From the IMG/VR virus record IMGVR_UViG_3300037419_000842: a stretch of 34,919 nt of DNA; one strand, given 5' to 3'. How positions within the stretch are numbered: position 1 is the first letter of the stretch; every line of letters starts with the position of its first letter. Below the pieces are notes generated by a model. That model did no database searches. It saw only the letters and a list, made by a program, of their open reading frames with translations, and was not told the origin of the DNA. The position numbers and the translations under genes are program-made. Origin of the DNA: a virus. This document shows positions 8,759-17,029 of this stretch, in pieces.

Positions 8759-8770
8759 GGGTGATTAGAG

Positions 8771-9337
8771 ATGGGTAGTATTTATGCCATTGTAAATAAA
8801 ATAAATGGAAGAATGTATATTGGTAGAACAAAAAAATTTAAATCCAGATTGGCTCAACATAATCATATGTTGAGCCAAGGAGAGCATGAAAATAGATTGA
8901 TTAATGAGGATTTACAAAAATACGGAAAAATAAGTTTTGAAATATATGAAATAGAAAATGTATCTGATAATAACAAATTATATCAATTAGAAATAGATTA
9001 TATAAAAAAGCATAATACCTGTGTGTCTGATGGAGGATTTGGTTATAACATTTCTTCTGGAGGTGAATTTTCTTCGGGCGGAGTTAAATTATCTGATGAA
9101 ATAAAAAATGAAATTAGTAAAAAAATGAAGGGTAGAAAATTCTCTAAAGAACACTCTAGAAAAAAATCTGAAGCACAAATTGGAAGCAGTAATCCTATTG
9201 CTAAAAGAGTTAGCGTAAATGGTAAAATATATGAATGTATTAAGTATGTCTCTGTTGAATTAAGCTTAAAGCATAATACTGTTATTTACAGGCTCAATTC
9301 TAAAAGTGAAAGATTTAAAGATTGGTTTTATTTGTAG
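8771..9337 (+). CDS. Free-standing GIY-YIG homing endonuclease (I-TevI/I-BmoI-like architecture)
   Basis: GSIY...MYIG...R...E...GYN catalytic domain, NUMOD3-like KGRKFSKEHSRKKSEA, and C-terminal HTH-like V.VNGKIY...TVIYRLNS...DWFY. Very AT-rich. Confidence 0.88.
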   Translation: MGSIYAIVNKINGRMYIGRTKKFKSRLAQHNHMLSQGEHENRLINEDLQKYGKISFEIYEIENVSDNNKLYQLEIDYIKKHNTCVSDGGFGYNISSGGEFSSGGVKLSDEIKNEISKKMKGRKFSKEHSRKKSEAQIGSSNPIAKRVSVNGKIYECIKYVSVELSLKHNTVIYRLNSKSERFKDWFYL

Positions 9338-9349
9338 GAGGAATAATTT

Positions 9350-10171
9350 ATGAATAGCAATGAACAACAATACCTTAATGCTTTGAGAGATATTTTAAAT
9401 AATGGACTTGATACTGGAGACAGAACTGGCACAGGGATGCGTAGTAAATTTGGTGTGACAATGACATTTGACTTGTCAGATGGGAGATTTCCATTGTTGA
9501 CTACTAAGAAAATGTTTACACGTGGAGTGTTTGGAGAGTTGATTTGGTTTTTATCTGGCTCTACATCCAATACAGAACTTGAAGAGAAGTACAATGTTAA
9601 GTTCTGGAGAGAATGGGCAAATGAAGCTGGAATGCTACCAAATATATATGGAAAACAATGGGTTAGATGGGAAGATTCAAAAGGAAATATTTTTAATCAA
9701 ATTAAATATGTGATTAACGAGATTAAAACCAATCCTCATAGCAGACGAATTCTATTCACTGGATGGAATGCTCCTGAAATGCAATATGAAGATACTGCAT
9801 TGCCCTGTTGCCATAGTACAGTTGTACAATTCTATGTGCGTGGTGAGTATCTTGACATGTATCATTATCAACGCAGTGGAGACTTCTTCTTAGGCGTTCC
9901 AGTTAATATTGCCTCATATGCGGCACTGCTTCAAATGATTGCTGATCAAACTGGGTACAAGGCTGGAGTTATGACTCATACAGTTGGTGTAGCTCATATT
10001 TATCACAATCATATAGATCAAGTCATTGAACAACTATCAAGAGAGCCCTATGAAGCTCCAAAGTTAATTATAATGAATAAACCTGAGACTATTTTTGAAT
10101 ATGAGGTATCTGATTTCGCGCTGATTGAATACGAACACCATCCACTTATCAAGGGAGATGTTGCAGTGTGA
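9350..10171 (+). CDS. thyA: Thymidylate synthase
   Basis: DRTGTG, FPLLTTKK, ELIWFL, SRR, ALPCCH, YQRSGDFFLGVPVNIASY, AHIY. Intronless. Confidence 0.97.
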   Translation: MNSNEQQYLNALRDILNNGLDTGDRTGTGMRSKFGVTMTFDLSDGRFPLLTTKKMFTRGVFGELIWFLSGSTSNTELEEKYNVKFWREWANEAGMLPNIYGKQWVRWEDSKGNIFNQIKYVINEIKTNPHSRRILFTGWNAPEMQYEDTALPCCHSTVVQFYVRGEYLDMYHYQRSGDFFLGVPVNIASYAALLQMIADQTGYKAGVMTHTVGVAHIYHNHIDQVIEQLSREPYEAPKLIIMNKPETIFEYEVSDFALIEYEHHPLIKGDVAV

Positions 10172-10674
10172 CAATTAATATCATTGTGGCAATGGATAAG
10201 AACGGTTTGATTGGAGCGAATAATAAACTACCTTTCCATCTTCCTGCTGATCTTTCTTATTTCAAGCGTATGACCAGTGACAATGTTGTTATCATGGGCA
10301 GAAAGACTTATGAATCTATTGGAAAGCCTTTACCAAATAGAACAAACGTTGTATTGACGAGACAGCATATTTATCATGAAGGATATCACTTTATTCATTC
10401 CATTGACGATGCTCTTGAAATGGATGCTATATCTTCATATGAGAGAGATATCTTCATAATTGGCGGAGAGGATATTTACAGACAATTTCTACCCTATGCA
10501 GAGAACCTTTTCATTACTGAAATTGATCATGAATTTGAGGGAGATTCATATTTTCCAAAATTTGACAAAAATGATTGGGATTTGATCGGTCAAAAAAACG
10601 GTGTAAAAAATGATGCCAATCCATATAATTATTGTTTCAAAATATATACAAGAAGCTTGACAGATGAAAGATAA
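10168..10674 (+). CDS. dfrA: Dihydrofolate reductase
   Basis: IGANNKLPF...DL.YFK..T, VIMGRKTYESIGKPLPNR, IIGG, GDSYFP. GTGA overlap with thyA. Confidence 0.97.
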   Translation: MTINIIVAMDKNGLIGANNKLPFHLPADLSYFKRMTSDNVVIMGRKTYESIGKPLPNRTNVVLTRQHIYHEGYHFIHSIDDALEMDAISSYERDIFIIGGEDIYRQFLPYAENLFITEIDHEFEGDSYFPKFDKNDWDLIGQKNGVKNDANPYNYCFKIYTRSLTDER

Positions 10675-10685
10675 AGTAGTATACT
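10657..10685 (+). promoter_or_regulatory. SigA-type promoter overlapping the dfrA end
   Basis: TTGACA-17-TATACT; motif copy at 10662-10677. Confidence 0.75.
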
Positions 10686-10687
10686 AT

Positions 10688-10718
10688 AGGTAGCGGTGGA
10701 GAACTGCTACCTCTTTTT
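10688..10718 (+). terminator. Intrinsic terminator after dfrA
   Basis: AGGTAGCGGT-GGAGA-ACTGCTACCT followed by CTTTTT. Confidence 0.75.
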
Positions 10719-10747
10719 ATAACTCAAACAAAAGGGAGATAAAACGA

Positions 10748-10885
10748 ATGAAGAATCAACTGAATGTAATTGTTACAGATGAATTGATTGATTATTGTGC
10801 TGAAAGATTTCTTAAATCTCCATATCAAAATCAAATGACATTTCAAGCTTATTTCGACAAGATGGTTCAGGAGGAATTGAAATGA
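10748..10885 (+). CDS. Small hypothetical protein (45 aa, not in ORF track)
   Basis: RBS AAGGGAG; MKNQLNVIVTDELIDYCAERFLKSPY...; ATGA overlap with the next gene. Confidence 0.6.
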   Translation: MKNQLNVIVTDELIDYCAERFLKSPYQNQMTFQAYFDKMVQEELK

Positions 10886-11307
10886 AACTCTATCTTGACG
10901 ATCTTCGTCCATGTCCTGAAGGATTTACAATTGCCAGAACAGTAGAAGAGGCAATTGATATTTATAAAAAGCATGCATTATCAGAAGAGTCTAAGATTAT
11001 CTCTCTTGATCATGATCTTGGAGGACTTGACGGAACTTATAAACGTACTGGCTATGATTTTTGCAAATGGCTTGTAGAAGAATACTATAATCATTCTGAA
11101 GATGGATGGCTTTTTCCTGATATTATTTACTTGCATACAAGCAATCCTGTCGGCAGAAATAATATGTTTCAATTGTTAGAAAGATATGCTCCAAGTTACA
11201 CTTTTATTAGCAGAGCACCTATGCCGCACTATGAATCTGATGGTTCAGTATACAAAGAAGATATTGGTATTGCAAAACTAGAAGAAGACGATGAGTTCTT
11301 TAAATAA
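10882..11307 (+). CDS. Cyclic-phosphate-processing receiver-like domain protein
   Basis: LYLDDLRPCP, ART.EEAI, ISLDHDLG, TGYDFCKWL, HTSNPVGR. Confidence 0.8.
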   Translation: MKLYLDDLRPCPEGFTIARTVEEAIDIYKKHALSEESKIISLDHDLGGLDGTYKRTGYDFCKWLVEEYYNHSEDGWLFPDIIYLHTSNPVGRNNMFQLLERYAPSYTFISRAPMPHYESDGSVYKEDIGIAKLEEDDEFFK

Positions 11308-11343
11308 ATGTAAGATAAAATAAATTAACTAAACAAAAGGAGA

Positions 11344-11625
11344 ATGCCAAAAATGAAAAAAATCTTTAAGTATAAACTTGTAGCCGATGGTGAGCAATCT
11401 ATCCTTATGCCTAGACATGCTGAAGTAACATCTGTTATTGAGCAAAATGGTGATATTATTGTCTATGCCATTGTTGATGTTAACAATCAGGAAGTTCCTC
11501 ATAAGTTTTGTGTTCTTGGCACTGGTTGGGATGCTAGTATTATTGCTGAGAAACGATATGCTTTCCTTCAGACGGTTAAAGTTGGGACATATGTTTGGCA
11601 TGTGTTTGTTGGTACAAATGTATAA
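11344..11625 (+). CDS. Conserved small phage protein (DUF7352-like)
   Basis: IFKY.L...MP..AEV.SV..Q...YAIVD...GTG...VWHVF pattern; the family name is from recall. Confidence 0.6.
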   Translation: MPKMKKIFKYKLVADGEQSILMPRHAEVTSVIEQNGDIIVYAIVDVNNQEVPHKFCVLGTGWDASIIAEKRYAFLQTVKVGTYVWHVFVGTNV

Positions 11626-11654
11626 AATAATAACTTTTAAAGAGGTTGATTACA

Positions 11655-11927
11655 ATGGGGTTGTTTAATATCGACGATTATTCGTCATTGATTTGGGCTA
11701 AAGACAAACAAGAGGCTATTGATATCTTTCATGGCCTTTACGATGAAGTGCTTGGTAAAGTTACGCAAATTCATGAAAATGAAATTGTGTACTTTGTACA
11801 AGATGAAAGTACTGGAGACATTGAGTGGAGTATTCAACAAGGAGCAAAATTTCAGTCACCTAAGCCTAAAGCCTTAACAGTGTCTAAGTTTGAAAATAGA
11901 ATACTGTCTTCACTTGGCAAGGTGTAA
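11655..11927 (+). CDS. Hypothetical phage protein
   Basis: RBS AGAGGT; 90 aa. Confidence 0.6.
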   Translation: MGLFNIDDYSSLIWAKDKQEAIDIFHGLYDEVLGKVTQIHENEIVYFVQDESTGDIEWSIQQGAKFQSPKPKALTVSKFENRILSSLGKV

Positions 11928-11940
11928 ACCTTGCTTTTTT
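11916..11940 (+). terminator. Intrinsic terminator
   Basis: GGCAAGGT-GTAA-ACCTTGCT followed by TTTTT. Confidence 0.7.
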
Positions 11941-11969
11941 AGCATAATTAAAAATACAAATAATGGTAG

Positions 11970-12350
11970 GTGAGTGTCATGAAAAATATTGAAGTTAAGT
12001 TTGCTGTTGGTGACAAAGTAAGAGTTAAAGATTATAAAGGTGTATTTACAGTTTTTTCTGTAGTTGCTGAAATGACTGGCGATGATATTATTTGTAGTTA
12101 TACGCTTGTACAAGGAACTAGCTTTATGATTGACATTATGGATGAAGAAGATATTGAAGGCGTAGATGTCGATGAACTGGATGAACTGCTTGTTGATGAC
12201 AAGAAGCTATCTAAAAAGGATGTAAATTTCCTACTTGACACTTACAATAAATACAAAGACTTGGAAACTCTCTACGCTTCACTTGGTCATAAAACTGAAT
12301 ATTCTGAAAAATGCGAAAAGATTGTGTCGTACTTGAAAACGCATACATGA
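11970..12350 (+). CDS. Hypothetical protein with N-terminal SH3/KOW-like motif
   Basis: KFAVGDKVRVK...G.F.V pattern followed by a helical C-terminus. Confidence 0.6.
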   Translation: MSVMKNIEVKFAVGDKVRVKDYKGVFTVFSVVAEMTGDDIICSYTLVQGTSFMIDIMDEEDIEGVDVDELDELLVDDKKLSKKDVNFLLDTYNKYKDLETLYASLGHKTEYSEKCEKIVSYLKTHT

Positions 12351-12438
12351 AAGGTTGTGATTATCAAATAAGATTATAATTAGTTGTTGCTTTTCGGTCA
12401 GTCAACTTAGAAAATACATCATGAAAAGAGGAATTTGT

Positions 12439-13110
12439 ATGTTACAACAATTTGAGAATTTTATTAAAATTAAAGATGGTCACAATGTCAATTTTAGAAC
12501 ACAACCTGTAGTTGGTGATAATGTTATTGCTGTTGCTAAAAGTGGAGAAGTATTCCAAACATTTTCTGTTACTGGAACTTGGTGTGTAGCTAGAAGAGAG
12601 TCCACTGGACAGCTTGGTTATATTACTACACTCGAACAATACGTTGAGCCATTTGAGCCTGAATGGTTGAAGAAGGCTAAAAGACTTATTAATTATGGTG
12701 AAAAATATCTTGGAACACCATACGTGTTTAGCTCTAGTAGATCAAATGATAATAGCTTCGACTGTTCTGATTTTGTAAAGTGGTGTTATGGCGAAGAGCT
12801 TGGAATTACACTTCATTCCGATAGCAGATCGCAATTTGCTAATGATGGAGTTGCTATTGGTAATGGTTACGACATCCTGAGAACTGGTGATGTAATTTTC
12901 TTTGACACGAATCATGACGGAATCGTTAATCATGTTGGTATTTATGTTGGAGCTTATAAGATTCTTCATACTTATAATACTACATGCGATATATTTGACA
13001 AGAACATGGTTAAGATTAAAGATAATTGCGGTGGAGTAACTTACTCTGAATATAAAGATGGTACAAGCTGGAGAAAAAATACCGTTGGTGTAAAAAGAAT
13101 ACTGCTGTAA
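12439..13110 (+). CDS. SH3b + NlpC/P60 cell-wall peptidase
   Basis: VNFRTQP...W...GYI SH3b-like N-terminus; YLGTPY, FDCSDFV, GDVIFF, NHVGIY, ILH catalytic motifs. RBS AGAGGA. Confidence 0.9.
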   Translation: MLQQFENFIKIKDGHNVNFRTQPVVGDNVIAVAKSGEVFQTFSVTGTWCVARRESTGQLGYITTLEQYVEPFEPEWLKKAKRLINYGEKYLGTPYVFSSSRSNDNSFDCSDFVKWCYGEELGITLHSDSRSQFANDGVAIGNGYDILRTGDVIFFDTNHDGIVNHVGIYVGAYKILHTYNTTCDIFDKNMVKIKDNCGGVTYSEYKDGTSWRKNTVGVKRILL

Positions 13111-13118
13111 ACATTGGG

Positions 13119-13150
13119 TCTGCTAGATTAATTTCTAGCAGATTTTTTAT
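13119..13150 (+). terminator. Intrinsic terminator
   Basis: TCTGCTAGA-TTAATT-TCTAGCAGA followed by TTTTTT. Confidence 0.8.
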
Positions 13151-13157
13151 TTTATGC

Positions 13158-13257
13158 TTGACTTACTGGATAATATAGGTTATAATTCTATTTGTGGTTA
13201 AGAAAACCGGATTAATAGAAAATAATGCTTGACTTATTGGTAAATGTAAGATAAAAT
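13158..13257 (+). promoter_or_regulatory. Tandem SigA-type promoters
   Basis: TTGACT-17-TATAAT (13158-13186) and TTGACT-17-TAAAAT (13229-13257); both share ATGCTTGACTTAyTGG. Confidence 0.75.
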
Positions 13258-13287
13258 AAAAACATAACAAACAAGGGAGATGTTGAA

Positions 13288-13737
13288 ATGAATAAGTTTA
13301 AAGTTGGAGATATTGTAACTGGACTAACTAATTACGAGTGTCATGGAGAAGAGAATCCATATGGAATTACTGATCATAAAATGACCAAGGGAAAAGTCAT
13401 TGATTTAGAAGAAGAAGGCTGTATTAAAATTGAAATTTTAGAGCATGAAAGTAGCGCATACGTTGGAAAATATTTTTATGTCCGAGAAAAATACTTTAAA
13501 CTGGTGAAAGGGGAACCAAGTAAACCAGTAGAAAAAGTAGAAGTCTCTGCTAATCCATCTGGTGGACGAATTAAAGTTATAGAAGAAGTTGGCAAAACAT
13601 TCTTGATCATCGACAAGAAATATACTATCTGCCTTGAAGGTAATTTCTCTATTAGCATCCTGAACAAAGACGAAGATGTATACAATGAAGAAATTGGAAA
13701 AGCTCTGGCTTACCTCCGTTTCGAACAAAACAAATAA
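13288..13737 (+). CDS. Hypothetical protein, SH3-like N-domain (paralog 1)
   Basis: RBS AAGGGAG; NKFKVGDIVTG N-domain shared with the next gene. Confidence 0.7.
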   Translation: MNKFKVGDIVTGLTNYECHGEENPYGITDHKMTKGKVIDLEEEGCIKIEILEHESSAYVGKYFYVREKYFKLVKGEPSKPVEKVEVSANPSGGRIKVIEEVGKTFLIIDKKYTICLEGNFSISILNKDEDVYNEEIGKALAYLRFEQNK

Positions 13738-13766
13738 AAGAAGATAAAACTAAAGGAGAATGTAAA

Positions 13767-14264
13767 ATGGAGAACAAATTTAAAGTTGGAGATATTGTAA
13801 CTGGCAACGAATTGAGTAATGGGGAATATGGAATAATATCAACAGATATGCTAAAAGGGGAAGTTGTTGACATTCTTGGTCGTGAAATGACTATTCGGGT
13901 TTTAGAGCATAATTGCCCTCAGTATTACGGCGATGAATATGTTGTTAAACAAGAATGCTTTGATCTTGTAGAAGATAAAAAAGAAGTTAATTCATCAAAA
14001 GATAAAGAAGATATTAAAGCAGAAACACCGAAGAGTGATGCCAAAATTACTCTTGAAGATATGATTATTGTTGCGGCAGTTGGCGAATTCCTTGAACGGA
14101 ATTATGAAGATTCTGTTGCAGAAGTGGCAGGCGTTAGAGAACTTATTCTATTCACAATGGAGTCTATTAAAGCTACCAAAAGAATTCAAGAAGAAGATAA
14201 AAACTTTAACGAAGTTGAAGAAATTAGAAAAATCCTTCGTAAGTATGTAAAAAAAGCTCTATAA
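13767..14264 (+). CDS. Hypothetical protein, SH3-like N-domain (paralog 2)
   Basis: RBS AAGGAG; same N-domain, unrelated helical C-terminus. Confidence 0.7.
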   Translation: MENKFKVGDIVTGNELSNGEYGIISTDMLKGEVVDILGREMTIRVLEHNCPQYYGDEYVVKQECFDLVEDKKEVNSSKDKEDIKAETPKSDAKITLEDMIIVAAVGEFLERNYEDSVAEVAGVRELILFTMESIKATKRIQEEDKNFNEVEEIRKILRKYVKKAL

Positions 14265-14329
14265 GTGAAAGATAAAATAAATGGGGTGCGGATTGATTTC
14301 TGCACTCCAAAAACGAAAGGATGAACTGA

Positions 14330-15709
14330 ATGTTAAAAGATTTATTTTCTAATCCTCTTATTTTGACTGATACGTACAATCTATCTCATCAATTTCTCAA
14401 GTTCAATAATGACTGGGAAGTTAGCCATGTTTATAATAGAAAGCGTCCAATGGTACTTTATGGGGTTTCTGAAGCTGTAAATCGTGTTCTTTCTATTAAA
14501 ATTGAAATGTGGATGGTTGACGAAGCTGAACAATATGCAAAAGAAAAAAGTATGCCATTCCCAAGAGAGTTGTGGGAACGAGTTGTAAATGAATTCAATG
14601 GCTATGCACCAATCATGATTGAATCTCTTCCTGAAGGATCATATATTCCTGCTGGTACACCATTCATGCAGATTCGTAATACCGTTGAAGGATTTGGCGA
14701 ATTAAAGGATTGGTGGGAAGGTATTATTCTTCAAAATGCTTTTGCCTCTGGTTGCGCTACACGTGCATATGAAATGGCAAAGTATCTTAAAGACAACGAT
14801 CTTCCAATGATTCGTTTTCATAGTTTTGGATGGCGTGGGCATCAATGTCCAGAAAGTGGATATTGGGCTGGTACTGCTTGGAATCTATTCCTTGTAGGAA
14901 CTGATGATTTCCATACTAAAAAGCATACACCAAAAGCCAAGATTGGTAGCATTCCTGCACTTGCACATAAGGTAACTCAGCAATTCGATAAAGAATATGA
15001 TTGTTATATTCGTGCAATTGATTTTGCTGTCAATACGCCACTTCGAACTGTGGCATTAGTTATTGATACTTATGATGCTAATCGTTTTATTAATCAGTAT
15101 CTTATTGGCCTTGCTCGCTATGCACTTGACAAAGGTGTCCATATTGTTTGCCGTCCTGACAGTGGAGATGTTCTTGATCAAGCTATTGAGATTTACAAAG
15201 TATGTATTGAAAACAATCTTGCAAACGTCTCTGTGATCATTGGAGAAGGCATTACGTTTGAGGTGGTCAAAGCATATGATGCAAAGCTTAAAGATGCTGG
15301 AGTGCCATTGGCGTTCGTCTCTTATGGTATTGGTGCTGGATTCTACAAGGACATTGACCGTGACTACCTTGGATTTGCAATGAAGGTTGCATTCTCTAAT
15401 GGTAAGCCACGTATGAAATTTGGAATGACAGCGTTGAAGCGCAGTATTCCCGGCAAGGTTTCTATCATTAAAAAAGACGGAGATTTGCTCGTCATTCCTG
15501 AAGGAAGTCTTATGTCCTATACGTACAATGATCTTTATGAGATTATTTATGTTCATGATGACACTACTGAAGAGCCAATTATCAAAACAACTGAATGGAA
15601 TGAAATTTATGATCGTGTTCAAGAAGTTGATGATCATCAAAAAGTAATCTACATTTCTCAGGAAATTGAAAATATGATTGCTGAATTCAAAGAACAATAT
15701 AAAGGGTGA
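14330..15709 (+). CDS. nadV: Nicotinamide phosphoribosyltransferase (Nampt/NadV family), divergent
   Basis: LTDTY, HSFGWRG, GTD, SIPALAH, VIDTYD, RPDSGD, IIGEGI, YGIGAG, RDYLGFAMK, KRSIPG. Confidence 0.88.
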   Translation: MLKDLFSNPLILTDTYNLSHQFLKFNNDWEVSHVYNRKRPMVLYGVSEAVNRVLSIKIEMWMVDEAEQYAKEKSMPFPRELWERVVNEFNGYAPIMIESLPEGSYIPAGTPFMQIRNTVEGFGELKDWWEGIILQNAFASGCATRAYEMAKYLKDNDLPMIRFHSFGWRGHQCPESGYWAGTAWNLFLVGTDDFHTKKHTPKAKIGSIPALAHKVTQQFDKEYDCYIRAIDFAVNTPLRTVALVIDTYDANRFINQYLIGLARYALDKGVHIVCRPDSGDVLDQAIEIYKVCIENNLANVSVIIGEGITFEVVKAYDAKLKDAGVPLAFVSYGIGAGFYKDIDRDYLGFAMKVAFSNGKPRMKFGMTALKRSIPGKVSIIKKDGDLLVIPEGSLMSYTYNDLYEIIYVHDDTTEEPIIKTTEWNEIYDRVQEVDDHQKVIYISQEIENMIAEFKEQYKG

Positions 15710-15714
15710 TATGT

Positions 15715-16488
15715 ATGGAAATGAATATGAACAATAAAGATGCAAATGGAGATATTATTAGCGCAACACCGCCTAGGCCTTGGACAATTGGCGATCCTCC
15801 ACCATATAATCATGAAAAAAATAACACAATCTGGACTGGGCCATCAACTTTCCCATATCTTACACCTATGCCTAAAAAACCATTTAAATTTGGTTTTTTG
15901 CTTGGACGATTCCAGCATATTCATATTGGTCATGAACAAATGATTGATAGAGCGCTTGATGTTTGCGAGAAGGTTTTGGTCATTGTTGGCTCTGCACAAG
16001 ATGATGCACGAATTACCAATCCAATTCGCAATCCGTTTGAAACTCATTTTCGCATTAGGCTTATCAATGAGATTTATAAAGACAAGCCAAATCTCTTTGT
16101 AACGTCTATGCCTGATTTGACTCACGAAAATGATCATAGCTGGGCATGGGGCAACTTTGTTCTTCAAAATGTTGCACTGCGAGCTAATCAGTATGATATC
16201 AAAGAAAGTCCTGATATTATGGTTTTTGGTAATGACGAAGAAAGAATGTCGTGGTTTAATCCAGACGATATCAAGACAGTTAATCAACTGATTGTTGCGC
16301 GTGGAAACATTGACATTAGTGCTACTCAAATGCGCAATTATCTTGTTGAAAATAATTTTTGGAAATGGCGGCAGTATGTAAACTTGAAACTTTCACCATT
16401 GTTCCCTGTAATTCGTGAAGAACTTTTCAAAGTAGAACACTACAGAAAGTTGGCTGAAGAAAATGGAACAATCAATGCCCACAAGTAA
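15715..16488 (+). CDS. nadM: Nicotinamide-nucleotide adenylyltransferase (NadM-like) with Pro-rich N-terminal extension
   Basis: GRFQHIHIGH, VGSAQ, RNPF...R, ISATQMR. Start ATG 15715 or GTG 15706. Confidence 0.9.
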   Translation: MEMNMNNKDANGDIISATPPRPWTIGDPPPYNHEKNNTIWTGPSTFPYLTPMPKKPFKFGFLLGRFQHIHIGHEQMIDRALDVCEKVLVIVGSAQDDARITNPIRNPFETHFRIRLINEIYKDKPNLFVTSMPDLTHENDHSWAWGNFVLQNVALRANQYDIKESPDIMVFGNDEERMSWFNPDDIKTVNQLIVARGNIDISATQMRNYLVENNFWKWRQYVNLKLSPLFPVIREELFKVEHYRKLAEENGTINAHK

Positions 16489-17020
16489 ACTTTGCAAGGA
16501 AAATTATAAAGGTGCCATTTACACTGATCGAACTGAAGAAATTTCATTTCCAGACGGAAAGAAAATTACTAGAGATGTTATTGTAAAAAATGAAGTGGCG
16601 GTCGCACTGGTTCATAATATTGACACTGATACTGTAGTTCTTATTAGAGAATTTAGAGTTGGTTCTATGAAGTATGAACTTGGTGGCGTTGCTGGCATTG
16701 TTGAAGTTGGTGAATATCCCATGAATGCAATTGTTAGAGAACTTGTTGAAGAAACTGGGTATAGTGATACAGTTATTGTACAATCCCTTGGAACAACTAT
16801 GACTTCCTCTGGCTTTACCAATGAAAAAGTTCATCACTTTTACATTAAAGTGAGGGGCTTGAGAGGCGATCAGAATCTTGATGCAGATGAATCTATTGAA
16901 GTTATTGAGCGTCCTTTTGAAGATATTGCTATTATGATGGCAAATGGTGAAATTACTTCTAATCATTTACACGCTTGCTTGTTAAAACTTATGATGAATA
17001 ATGGATATGAATTGGTATGA
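16463..17020 (+). CDS. nudF: Nudix hydrolase, ADP-ribose pyrophosphatase (NudF)-like
   Basis: Nudix box GIVEVGEYPMNAIVRELVEETGY; ADPRase-like LIREFR, SSGFTNE and LDADESIEV. Confidence 0.85.
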   Translation: MEQSMPTSKLCKENYKGAIYTDRTEEISFPDGKKITRDVIVKNEVAVALVHNIDTDTVVLIREFRVGSMKYELGGVAGIVEVGEYPMNAIVRELVEETGYSDTVIVQSLGTTMTSSGFTNEKVHHFYIKVRGLRGDQNLDADESIEVIERPFEDIAIMMANGEITSNHLHACLLKLMMNNGYELV

Positions 17021-17029
17021 TGAATGGGA

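Noticed and set aside
8755-9350. GIY-YIG gene as part of a group I intron
   Set aside because: The flanks are only 12 nt with no ribozyme core, and thyA is continuous.
14330-17020. NARP1 (Adps plus Namat) assignment
   Set aside because: There is no PRPP-synthetase-like gene in the window, and an NMNAT is adjacent, which fits the Nampt-NMNAT route better.
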